Under the pieces are notes generated by a model. That model ran no database searches, was not told where the DNA came from, and saw only the letters and a list, made by a program, of their open reading frames with translations. From the IMG/VR virus record IMGVR_UViG_3300012147_000038, positions 1-36,610 of that record: a stretch of 36,610 nt of DNA; one strand, written 5' to 3'. A program made the position numbers and the translations under genes. The stretch comes from a virus (Duplodnaviria > Caudoviricetes). This document shows, piece by piece, positions 10,534 to 19,970 of the stretch (within the stretch, counting starts at the first letter, position 1; every line of letters begins with the position of its first letter).

Positions 10534-11751
10534 TTATTTTTTTGTTCTGAAACGTAACTTACTGCCTGTTTTCGCTCCTGTGAGTTTACTTACAACGTCG
10601 GATACGTTTCCTTTTGGTTTTGAAGCAGGGGCTTGGTTGGGGATTCCGTCGATGGTAATATTACCTCCGGCTTTGATCCTTGACTCGGCTCCTACAGACT
10701 TTCCTTGCTCGAAAGCTGCTTTGACCATTGCTTCAAAATTGGTCACTTTAGCAACATCTTTAACAACGTTTGAATGGTTGTACGTTCCGTCTTCATTATA
10801 CCAATGTGGCATTTCTGCTACCATCTTTGGAAGACCTTTTTTAACTTCAACAGGTATATTATACTTGATGGTTAAATCGTCGGACAATTTCAAATCAATT
10901 GCTTCAAGGCTTGTCGATGCTTGCGTTATCCCTATATTATAAGCGTCTTGCTTCTGTGTAGAAGTCAGGTTATCCGCTCGTACTTGTTGGGCCAATGCTA
11001 TTGCATCTTGTTGCTCTTGCGTTAGTACAGCTTGTGGAGTAGAGTTTGCCAACTCTAATCTATTAGCCTCTAACTTTCCTCTACCTTCGGCAGCGAATTT
11101 TTTAAGTTCGATACTCTTTTTAATCTTATCACTTTCGTCGTCAACATTCTCGTCGTAGGAGAATCTCTGTAACTCATAGTTTAACTCTTCTTTAGTGAAG
11201 TTAGGATATTGTTTAGCTAGAGTCTCTCTTGCTATATCCATGTCTCCCATCTTAGAAAAGTCTCTAGTGTAATTAGACCATTCTGATAAAGGTAATCCGG
11301 TTTTTTCTTTCCACTCTTGCAGTTGTTTTAACTCGGGGTCGATGTTTGCCTCTTTTGGAGTCAACTCGTCAAAGTTAGTAACCGTTCTACCTAGCTTCTC
11401 GCTAAGTTTGGTTAATAACAGTTCCTCTGTTACTTCTGCACTTTGTGGAACTACTGGCTCCGGTGTTACTGGTGGTTCAGGTACTACTGGTGGGGTTGCA
11501 ACTCCTCCCGTAGGCTCTTCTCCTTCCACGGGTGGCGTATCAACTGGTGGTACGTCAACTGGTGGTGTATCTATGTTTGCCGGTGGTGTATCTACTACTG
11601 GCGGTGTGTCAATTTGTTGTTCTTCAATAGGTGGCGTATCAACTGGTGGTACGTCAACTGGTGGTGTATCTACTGCGTCTTTTGGGGCCAATATATCTAA
11701 TATTGCACCTGCTCGACTAAGGTTATCACCTTTCTTCTTGAATAATGCCAT
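10534..11751 (-). CDS. Capsid scaffolding protein
   Basis: Acidic, Pro-rich low-complexity N-terminus and helical body, between portal and capsid genes. Confidence 0.7.
   Translation of the reverse strand: MALFKKKGDNLSRAGAILDILAPKDAVDTPPVDVPPVDTPPIEEQQIDTPPVVDTPPANIDTPPVDVPPVDTPPVEGEEPTGGVATPPVVPEPPVTPEPVVPQSAEVTEELLLTKLSEKLGRTVTNFDELTPKEANIDPELKQLQEWKEKTGLPLSEWSNYTRDFSKMGDMDIARETLAKQYPNFTKEELNYELQRFSYDENVDDESDKIKKSIELKKFAAEGRGKLEANRLELANSTPQAVLTQEQQDAIALAQQVRADNLTSTQKQDAYNIGITQASTSLEAIDLKLSDDLTIKYNIPVEVKKGLPKMVAEMPHWYNEDGTYNHSNVVKDVAKVTNFEAMVKAAFEQGKSVGAESRIKAGGNITIDGIPNQAPASKPKGNVSDVVSKLTGAKTGSKLRFRTKK
11500..11672 (-). repeat. Coding repeat (DTPPVDVPPVDTPP)
   Basis: GGTGGCGTATCAACTGGTGGTACGTCAACTGGTGGTGTATCTA occurs twice on the plus strand, plus degenerate copies. 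Confidence 0.85.
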
Positions 11752-11815
11752 GTTGAATTTAATTTAGTTTATTTACTTATGTTACAAATCTACGAATAAA
11801 ATTGAATGCTATTTT

Positions 11816-14302
11816 TTACACCCTAAAATCGTCCATGCCAATCTCTCCCGTCATGGTAGCGTGTGCTGATTTAAAGTCGATTGCTTTACCGCCCCCGTCC
11901 TTACTTTGCTCTGCTTTCATTTTACTTTGTTGTGTAGCTTGAATAGCTGTACGAGTGTCTTTACGGTCTTCTTTATAAGCGTCGTCAGCCCTTTTATTAC
12001 TAGCTATTTCAGTTTGTATTCCTGTTTGGTAGTAATATTCATCTGCCATTAGCAACCTCTTGGCCTCTAGTTCTGATTGTAATTTCAACTTATCGGATTC
12101 TCTTTTAAACTCTTCTAACCTAAGTTTGCTTTCTGTTTCAAAAGAAATTTCCTCTCTCTTCGAATCGGATGCTACCTTAGCTGCTTGAGCGCTAGCTTCT
12201 CCGTTAGCTTTTATTTTTTCAAGTTCCCTTGCGTGGGCTTCTTTTATACGTTTGTCTTTTCTGACTTTAAGCATTTCGTTGGCCACAGAGATGTTGGATA
12301 TTTTTCTAATATCTATCCCATCTTCTGTACCTAGATTACCTGATGCTATTTCAGCTTGTATGTTAGCTTCTAGCATAGCTCTATCCTGTGCATCTGGTTT
12401 TAACTTAATAGTAATACCAAAATCGTGTAAGTGTAAATCTTGAATCGATTGTAAAACATCTACGTTAACCCTACCTATAGAATTTATGTAAGCGTTCTTT
12501 AAGTTAGAGTACTTGAATATATCTTTTAGCCTTAGAGATAAACCGTTGGCTAAATATTGTGTTATTTTTAATTGAGAGTCTAGTACGTACCTAGTGGCAA
12601 CGTTAGATAATGTTTGTTGCTGTTCTAAAGCTCCGTTAGATGTTCTTGGGTCAGGTAAGGCACCGTCAGCACCTTGTCCTATACCAATAGAATCCCTGAA
12701 CATTTGGAAATGGAAGTTGTGAGCATTCATTAATTGCTCTAGTCCTGCCATGGTTCCGTTGTTTAACTCTTTGATAGGCAATGATCCGTTATTGTAACCT
12801 CCATCGGATAGCCTAGATGTACCAAGTAAGTTACCTGTTTCATCGTAGTATCTAATAAGGTCTAATGCGTCGAACGAGTTACCGTCTCCTAGGTCTAATT
12901 CCTGTAGTCCGTCAACGTCGATCCAAATACCGTTAGGCTTGGCCTTGGCTACGAATTGTTGTATCTTAACTTGAATTTGTTGTAGTTGGTCTACATATTG
13001 TATAACCCTATCAACTAAAGATTGAATACGACCTTGGTAAAGTTCTGGTGCATAAACTACATAGTTTGAAGAAACTTTATTGTTTATAAAACCTTCTGGC
13101 CTTACCATGTTGCTACATTCTCTGTAGTTGAATATCATATCGGTACCTAAGATTAGAGAACCTTCGTACCAAACCTCTTGTACATCTTCTAAAATGTCGT
13201 AGTCTTTGAACCCTTGTTCTGACTCTTTAGCTAGTTGCTCTGGTGTTTTTATGAAGTCCGATGATTTTTCTGTTATAGAATAGCTACCATTACTTCTGTA
13301 TTTTTTCTTAAATACGTTTCTCTTGGTTGTCTTGAACGTAAAGTCAAGTACGTCTACCATACTGTTAGGTAGGTCTTCTCCCCTATACCAAAATTCATTT
13401 GATATACGGTTATAGCCTTGCCATTCGTTTGATACGTTTTTATATTTTTCTAATTCGTCCGGAGTGAATTTCTTACCTGCTAGTCTACCTACTTCGCTGA
13501 TTGTTTGTCTCCTAACAACTCCGTAGTAGTTTACATTGTCGAAATTACTTCTGGTCGGGTAGGCCCAAACCATGTCGGCAGGGTCTCTATATTCTGCAAC
13601 GATGCCTTTAGTTGGGTCGGTTCTGTGGTGCAATGCAGCCACACCTATTTCAACTAAATCTTTAAGCATCATTTTTTGAGTCTCGTCGTACTCGTTTAAT
13701 TCTAAGGTATATTTAATTGCTTGCTCTATCGCTATTTCGATGGCGGGCTTATACTGTAGTTTCATGTGTAGGTCGATTTCTGCATCACTATCAGGAATCT
13801 CGCCTATGCCGGCAGGCGTTAAGTCCACTCCTAAAAGTTCTTTAGCGTCTGTCAACATTTGCTTGGCGTACATATTTTTTTTTAATATGTCCTTATACTC
13901 GTCTCTCAATCCTTGAGATATACCATCAACGGCTTGGGCATCTATTTCGTATAGACGCTCCGTCATTTGGTTAACTACTAGTTTTATAAATTTAGGAAGA
14001 ATTTGAATCGGCCTCCAATCATAGTTAGTGTATGATTCGCCACCGGTACCGTCAGTAATAAGTTTTTTTACTAATCCAGTATCATGTTCTCCACGGGCAT
14101 ACTTCCTCTGCTCGTCCATTCTAAGACGTTTATCGTAGAATTGATTTGCCGTGTTGCCACTCCTTATAAAGAACCATTCATGCTCTATAAGTTTGGCGAA
14201 CTGTAGGCCGTACTCGTCGCTAGCCTTTTCTTCGGAGCTAGCAAACGGGTTTGGTGTAACTCTGTGGTTAGCTACTTTTAAATATGATTTCTTTCTTGCC
14301 AT
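11816..14302 (-). CDS. Portal protein
   Basis: 828 aa directly after terminase; YDWRPIQILPKFIKLVV and coiled-coil C-terminus. Confidence 0.85.
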   Translation of the reverse strand: MARKKSYLKVANHRVTPNPFASSEEKASDEYGLQFAKLIEHEWFFIRSGNTANQFYDKRLRMDEQRKYARGEHDTGLVKKLITDGTGGESYTNYDWRPIQILPKFIKLVVNQMTERLYEIDAQAVDGISQGLRDEYKDILKKNMYAKQMLTDAKELLGVDLTPAGIGEIPDSDAEIDLHMKLQYKPAIEIAIEQAIKYTLELNEYDETQKMMLKDLVEIGVAALHHRTDPTKGIVAEYRDPADMVWAYPTRSNFDNVNYYGVVRRQTISEVGRLAGKKFTPDELEKYKNVSNEWQGYNRISNEFWYRGEDLPNSMVDVLDFTFKTTKRNVFKKKYRSNGSYSITEKSSDFIKTPEQLAKESEQGFKDYDILEDVQEVWYEGSLILGTDMIFNYRECSNMVRPEGFINNKVSSNYVVYAPELYQGRIQSLVDRVIQYVDQLQQIQVKIQQFVAKAKPNGIWIDVDGLQELDLGDGNSFDALDLIRYYDETGNLLGTSRLSDGGYNNGSLPIKELNNGTMAGLEQLMNAHNFHFQMFRDSIGIGQGADGALPDPRTSNGALEQQQTLSNVATRYVLDSQLKITQYLANGLSLRLKDIFKYSNLKNAYINSIGRVNVDVLQSIQDLHLHDFGITIKLKPDAQDRAMLEANIQAEIASGNLGTEDGIDIRKISNISVANEMLKVRKDKRIKEAHARELEKIKANGEASAQAAKVASDSKREEISFETESKLRLEEFKRESDKLKLQSELEAKRLLMADEYYYQTGIQTEIASNKRADDAYKEDRKDTRTAIQATQQSKMKAEQSKDGGGKAIDFKSAHATMTGEIGMDDFRV

Positions 14303-14332
14303 TCTGTTGTATGATATTTACTTACAAATATA

Positions 14333-16987
14333 CTAATTTTTTCCCCTCTCTTTTTTAAAGGTACTTGTTATTCCTTTATTACTGTAGGTTCTAAGTAAAG
14401 ACCTGTTCTTTTTAGGGTCATTACCCTTTGGTCTAGGTACGTATTTCTCTTTGTTGCATCCCATTATGGCCAACCCGCTAGATATTGTAGCATCGTGAGC
14501 AGTTCTGGCATTAGGGTTAAATTTCATCCAATCCATAATAGTGTCGTTGAATGGCATGGTTCCCATGGTTCCTTCTGGTCTATATTTTATACCGTCCGGC
14601 ACTGTTGACTCTCCTAAGTGATGTTGTATATGGCTTCTGATACCGTTTTCGTGTGCATCAAGTATATCTTTACTCTGCATAGGTTGTCCTCCCAATACAA
14701 GGTCATCTCCGTCTAGTTTAGTTTTGTCGACCCTGTTCATAGAGAATGGTCTAGCCAAGTTGTTGAATAGATATCTTACAAAATCTCTCCTGTTGTTCTC
14801 CGCTAGTATAGGTAGTCCGTAGAACCAAGCTGCCATAAAGATATCCTCGTTGAAAATATCTTGTGTTGCAGGTTTATCTATGTACTCGAATAGAAACTTT
14901 CTTGCAGGCACGCCATAGCTATTAGCCTTTGTGTAGGCGTGTGCTGCTCCTTTAGATGCTTTATTTTTTCCTTGTACGTACGAACCAAAACAATCCACTC
15001 CTATACAACCGTAGTCGTTCATAGGGGTATACAAGTTTCTTATCTTCTTTACATTGTTTCTTAGTTTTTGAGTATCGTCTACTTGACTAGGCATCCACCA
15101 AACTTTGAATCTACCGTATTTATCCGGTACAAATTCTACTTTAGAGAATCTTACGTCGCCTTCCCATTTAAAATTACCTTTTGTATATAATGGCTTATCG
15201 ATGCTTAGCTCTTCGTTATGATCCCATTGGTCGGTTAACTTTGTTAAGTTGAATACACAGGCATCGGCCTCGTCTCTCATGGCGTGAGCCTCTGTCATAG
15301 GGAATGCACGGTAAGCGGCATTTAGGGCCACATCTCCCTGGTTCTTAGCATCTGCATAAAGCTCTTTAATAGCTTGTATAGAACCTTTTCTTATTGGGTC
15401 TCCAAAAGTATTAAGAGTACCTTTTGGTGGGTTTTCTGTCCAACATTTACCATAGATATCAATACAATCTTCGTAGTTGGTATATGCCGGCATAAAGTAG
15501 GAATACAGTTTAGTTGAGGTATACCCAGATGGTTGTCTATCGGCTACCTTAGAGTTTTTGTATAACACTTTAAAATCTTCTCCACCTTTGTCAAGTTTAC
15601 CCATGGTAGAACCTAAGAACACTTTACCCACAACACGTCCACCACGGAAAGTAGTAGGCAATAGTGTGTTAAGGTGTTCGATATAAGACGCTCTATCCCA
15701 CTTGGCAGACTCGTCCCCAATGTATAATTTCATGTGCTGACCATCATAAGCCTTAATTTTAGTAGCCTCAAAATCAGTTTCACTATTTATATAGCCATCC
15801 GTAGATGTGTTTTTTTTCTTTTTCTCCTCTTTAGTGGAGTTGGATGGCTTACCGAAGTTTAGTCCAGTAGGGGAATCCGCTTTACCTTTAGTGATAGGTT
15901 GAAAGAAGAAAGGCCACTCTTGGAATGTATATGATAATTTGTTGAACGCTTTTCTGGCGTCGTCGTCCGTCATAGATGTTAGCCCCGTTCTGGCACCTTT
16001 AACTCTTGTTATAAGTTCTAAAGAGTCTGACATCATTCCATAGGTATATCCAGTCTGACGGGACTTTAAAAATATTTGTCCCATAGACCTTTTATCTATG
16101 TAGCAGGCTTCCTTGTGGTAGTATAGTAATAATTGTGCTTGCCTGTAGCTTGGGTATATCCCGTCATCGAACATACGGCCCCATTGTAGCTGCATATAGT
16201 GTCTAGGAGATAGCCAAGTGGGTGTACCATTGTTGTAAAACCATACTCCCTCTCGTCTACGTCTGAACTCTTCCATTATATAGTCCATATAAGGGTCGGT
16301 ATTGTCCGGGGTAAGGCCTTTAGGCATTTTCTCTCTTATCCAATACTGGTCTCTTTTAGGCTTATCGTGAAATAGTATATCCTTTCTGTCCCTTGGTGGG
16401 TGAGGTAGTTGTATTTTTAGTCCGTCTAATTCAATTATTTCACCTCTTGAACCCTTTGGGTCTATTACTATGGCATCCTCTTCTTCGTTGTACCATTTTT
16501 TATAGTAGTTCTTTATAGGAAAAAACTCTCCGTATGCGAACTTCTCCGCAAAACCCCTCTTAAATTCGGATTCTTGGAGTGTAACTGTACCTGTTTCGTA
16601 CTGATGTTCAAGTTCTATTAACGAAGACTCTAACTCTGTTATAGAGTTAAGAACCAATAATTTTGTCTGCGCTGCTAGTTTGTGTTTGTGTGACTCTAGT
16701 GTAGAATAATCTATAGGCGCTCTAAGGGCCTTTCTAAGTATTTTGATGGAGTCGTTCCCCGAACCTATCAAACGTTCAACATAGAAGCTGAATTTATGGT
16801 CTGACGGTGCGTTAGGGCTATTTACCCACTTAGATAATAGCTCTTTTGCAGTTCTGAACGATACTAGCTTAGAGTCCATAGAAGCTTTGACCTTATCTGG
16901 CTCGATAAAGTCTACCTCCATTTTGTAATCAAGTCCGTCAATTACAATTTCTAATGCTTCTTGAATATCGGCAGAGAGTCCTCTCAT
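14333..16987 (-). CDS. terL: Terminase large subunit with N-terminal extension
   Basis: Walker A-like LKSRQTGYT, Walker B YIGDESAKW, coupling motif GST, RNase H-like IGVD...AENN...HDATIS. Confidence 0.92.
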   Translation of the reverse strand: MRGLSADIQEALEIVIDGLDYKMEVDFIEPDKVKASMDSKLVSFRTAKELLSKWVNSPNAPSDHKFSFYVERLIGSGNDSIKILRKALRAPIDYSTLESHKHKLAAQTKLLVLNSITELESSLIELEHQYETGTVTLQESEFKRGFAEKFAYGEFFPIKNYYKKWYNEEEDAIVIDPKGSRGEIIELDGLKIQLPHPPRDRKDILFHDKPKRDQYWIREKMPKGLTPDNTDPYMDYIMEEFRRRREGVWFYNNGTPTWLSPRHYMQLQWGRMFDDGIYPSYRQAQLLLYYHKEACYIDKRSMGQIFLKSRQTGYTYGMMSDSLELITRVKGARTGLTSMTDDDARKAFNKLSYTFQEWPFFFQPITKGKADSPTGLNFGKPSNSTKEEKKKKNTSTDGYINSETDFEATKIKAYDGQHMKLYIGDESAKWDRASYIEHLNTLLPTTFRGGRVVGKVFLGSTMGKLDKGGEDFKVLYKNSKVADRQPSGYTSTKLYSYFMPAYTNYEDCIDIYGKCWTENPPKGTLNTFGDPIRKGSIQAIKELYADAKNQGDVALNAAYRAFPMTEAHAMRDEADACVFNLTKLTDQWDHNEELSIDKPLYTKGNFKWEGDVRFSKVEFVPDKYGRFKVWWMPSQVDDTQKLRNNVKKIRNLYTPMNDYGCIGVDCFGSYVQGKNKASKGAAHAYTKANSYGVPARKFLFEYIDKPATQDIFNEDIFMAAWFYGLPILAENNRRDFVRYLFNNLARPFSMNRVDKTKLDGDDLVLGGQPMQSKDILDAHENGIRSHIQHHLGESTVPDGIKYRPEGTMGTMPFNDTIMDWMKFNPNARTAHDATISSGLAIMGCNKEKYVPRPKGNDPKKNRSLLRTYSNKGITSTFKKERGKN

Positions 16988-17568
16988 AAAGTTGCTAAAA
17001 TATCTTGGTTACGCATTTTGTAATACGTCTTTCCTTTAAGTTCGTACTCGTGTTCGCTGTTTTCTTGAAAAGCTATCGTGTCTCCCTCTTTTACCCCTTT
17101 ATCTATAAGTTGTTGATTTGGGTAGGCTACTTTACCTATTAAGGGCTTCATTCCCCTGTAGCTATCTTCTTCGACCTCTAGGCCGTTGGATAGTTTTATT
17201 GTACCTGCCGGAATAGGTTCTATAAAGACAAATGGTGCTAATGCGTTCCATTTATCCTCCCCCTCTTTCATGTACATGAATATTTCTGTAACCGGTACAA
17301 AAAATACATTCTCGTCCATGGCGAATACACTAGGTCTTTTTTTACCTTTTGCTCCCCATGATTGACGACAAATATTGTGATGGAATAATAGGAAATCTCC
17401 TTTGTCTACAATAACTCCTTTAGGGGCATCTATTACTTTGCCCACACGATTAACGTGTTCGACGCTATCTATAGAATTGTTTGTTGAGAATTTTGTGCCA
17501 TTATCTAGTTCTACGTAGTTGTTATAAGAATCTTCAACTCGTACTAAAAAATATATTGTGGATTTCAT
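16984..17568 (-). CDS. GroES-like co-chaperonin (two GroES-like halves)
   Basis: GKVIDAPKGVIVDKGDFLLF and GKVAYPN...GVKEGDTIAF...EYELKGKTYYKMRNQDILATL, resembling GroES. Confidence 0.65.
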   Translation of the reverse strand: MKSTIYFLVRVEDSYNNYVELDNGTKFSTNNSIDSVEHVNRVGKVIDAPKGVIVDKGDFLLFHHNICRQSWGAKGKKRPSVFAMDENVFFVPVTEIFMYMKEGEDKWNALAPFVFIEPIPAGTIKLSNGLEVEEDSYRGMKPLIGKVAYPNQQLIDKGVKEGDTIAFQENSEHEYELKGKTYYKMRNQDILATL

Positions 17569-17814
17569 TTACTCGAAGTTTAAATCATACTCTGCTTCTA
17601 GTATGTGTTCTTCTGAAACGCTTTTCCATAATACCTTGGCTGCGTCTTTATCTGTAGCTGATTTGACGTAGATATCCAACATACCTTCCGAATCGCTAGG
17701 AACTATGTCCGTGATTTGGATAGTTTGTTTTAGGTATTTGTAAGTCTTTACATAAGCTATACAGTTCGAGAAACTGTCGCCTACCGTTATTTTTCTGTAG
17801 TTTTTTGTTGCCAT
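17569..17814 (-). CDS. Hypothetical protein
   Basis: 81 aa ORF abutting the next gene; promoter-like TATCTTTA upstream. Confidence 0.7.
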   Translation of the reverse strand: MATKNYRKITVGDSFSNCIAYVKTYKYLKQTIQITDIVPSDSEGMLDIYVKSATDKDAAKVLWKSVSEEHILEAEYDLNFE

Positions 17815-17934
17815 TATAGTTTAATTTAAGTTAATTATGTAAAGATAAGCATAATACTCGTACTTCCAAACTACTATTAATCCGTAAAATAGACGCCGGA
17901 AACGTTTATATTTGTAGATGGTTCTAATCAAGGG

Positions 17935-19482
17935 TTAATATTGTTCTATTTTAATAGTTCCATTCAACAACCCGTCCCCCATAGTAGTACCGTCAACACT
18001 TACTACCTGTATAAAAGTTGAGTCAAGTACTACTCTTGCACTCCGAGCTTGGGTCGAATTGTTCCATTGTGAAAAGACTACATGGCATCGAGCCGGGTTG
18101 TGGTTTGCACCTACGGTTGGTATTATCCTGTATACACCAACGCCATCCCTTCTCCAAGTATATCCACTTGAGTTATCATATAGTGCAGTCACTGATGGAT
18201 TAGAAGTACCTGATTGCGTTATTCTTGCTACGTAGGTTGTATGATTGGGAGAAAGAGACTCTATTTTATCTCGTATTGCGTTTTTTGACGGGACTTCTAA
18301 ATTACCGTTCCAAGAACTTTCATCGTAAGCATCGTCTCCCGATAGGATAAAATCATTGGCAGTCGATGTTCCATTAATGGTGACACCTGCATTAGTAGTG
18401 GTGAGTCTTATATTATTGTTATGGAATATTTGCATCCCTCCGTTTTCACTATGTAGCCATACCCACTTGTTATTGGTATCATCAAAGACCCCACATTGTG
18501 TATCAGTACCTAAGAACGACCAGTACTGGTTGGAAGGGTTGTTCCTTATTTGGAAACCTGCCCAAGCCCCTACTGACAACGGCCATGATTGTAACAGACC
18601 GGGCCTGTCACCACTGTTCGATAATCTAATAGTATTATTAATCTCTAATTCTACAGCTTCCAATCTACCGGCAGCATCCCTTCTGGCTAGTGTATTCGCT
18701 GTCGGTTGTACATCTACTGGTTGGTTGCCTGAATGCCATACAGTTCTACTAATTGTACCGTCGCCATATTCCAGTCCGTTCAAATCCCCTCCCTCTTTTA
18801 TTAATAATTGCGCCCCTCCGTCTTGGTTATTTATAGCTACATCGTTGTTGGCAGTCGATACCGTCCCTATGTACCAAAGAGGTGTATTTGCACTATCTCT
18901 TGCAAGCATGTAATTCTGTGCCGTATTATCTGCCCTTAGACCCGTACCTAGCGAAATGAACGGTACTGTACCTTCCGCACTTATCCTACCTCCTGCGGTT
19001 ATAGTACCAGTAACGGTAAGATTTCCCGTCATAGTATCGTTTTCATCACTACGTAGGAACTGTGTTGAATTTAAACTATCCAATGTATCGGCATCAATGT
19101 TCAATGCATCGATTACCGACTTTCTAATACCTATTTCATCAATCGTCCAAGTAACATTGGCTGAACCGTTGACGGATTTAGATGTTACGCCTATAGAAAT
19201 ATCTCTCGAAGTACCCCATTCGTCGTTAGATGACTCCCCAAATATTAGTCCATCTTCCGTACCATTAACCATAACAGTTTTACCTGCCTGACCTACATAG
19301 TCTACCGGAGTATCAAATAAAGTAGTGAAATTAGTTGCCGTACCATTAGCAAGTCCTATGATGTCGGCAATCCTAAAGTTTCTAGTTCTGTTAGAATCTT
19401 CTGGGTCTGTTCCTATAACATAGTCTTCAAATGTCGGTAATGTTTGGTAATCGTATATGTCTGTTCTAAATATTCTTGCCAT
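17935..19482 (-). CDS. Tail fibre protein 2
   Basis: DADTLD..FLRSD fibre motif and VWHSGN motif; about 250 aa paralogous to 19970..22522. Confidence 0.8.
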   Translation of the reverse strand: MARIFRTDIYDYQTLPTFEDYVIGTDPEDSNRTRNFRIADIIGLANGTATNFTTLFDTPVDYVGQAGKTVMVNGTEDGLIFGESSNDEWGTSRDISIGVTSKSVNGSANVTWTIDEIGIRKSVIDALNIDADTLDSLNSTQFLRSDENDTMTGNLTVTGTITAGGRISAEGTVPFISLGTGLRADNTAQNYMLARDSANTPLWYIGTVSTANNDVAINNQDGGAQLLIKEGGDLNGLEYGDGTISRTVWHSGNQPVDVQPTANTLARRDAAGRLEAVELEINNTIRLSNSGDRPGLLQSWPLSVGAWAGFQIRNNPSNQYWSFLGTDTQCGVFDDTNNKWVWLHSENGGMQIFHNNNIRLTTTNAGVTINGTSTANDFILSGDDAYDESSWNGNLEVPSKNAIRDKIESLSPNHTTYVARITQSGTSNPSVTALYDNSSGYTWRRDGVGVYRIIPTVGANHNPARCHVVFSQWNNSTQARSARVVLDSTFIQVVSVDGTTMGDGLLNGTIKIEQY

Positions 19483-19502
19483 TTTGTTTTTGTTTTATAA
19501 CT

Positions 19503-19970
19503 TTATTCAAGCCATGGTGATTGAGTTACCCCTATTGTTAACGAGCGTGTAGGAGTTCCTGATGTCGTTGTTATTACTATTACACCAAGTCTAAAACCTC
19601 CCGTTCCGTTTGCACTTACTCTGCAAATAATATTAGCATCATTGTTAGAACCGCTTGCTCCGCTTATAGTTATCCAAGAAGCGTTATCTGAAATACTCCA
19701 AGTTGTGTTTGAACTTACAGAGAAAGATTGACTAGAAGCACCTGATCCGAAGGAAAAGTAACTAGGACTCCTACTAAGGGTATTGGTACCTCCCCCCGAA
19801 TTATCGTAATCCCTGAATTCCAACAGACTGGTAGCAGGTGCCGTAAAATATGTAGGATTATAAGAGGCTGTTACGGCATCCGAGATACAATCGACTAAAT
19901 CGTTAGTTGTAGGATTTACCTCGTCCACTACATCTTGTAAACTAAAGGTTGTTGTATTTGGTACTGCCAT
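19503..19970 (-). CDS. BACON-domain virion-associated protein
   Basis: C-terminal FSVSSNTTWSISDNASWITISGASGS...VSAN...R.G.I.I...VTQ matches the BACON (Ig-like) pattern. Confidence 0.75.
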   Translation of the reverse strand: MAVPNTTTFSLQDVVDEVNPTTNDLVDCISDAVTASYNPTYFTAPATSLLEFRDYDNSGGGTNTLSRSPSYFSFGSGASSQSFSVSSNTTWSISDNASWITISGASGSNNDANIICRVSANGTGGFRLGVIVITTTSGTPTRSLTIGVTQSPWLE

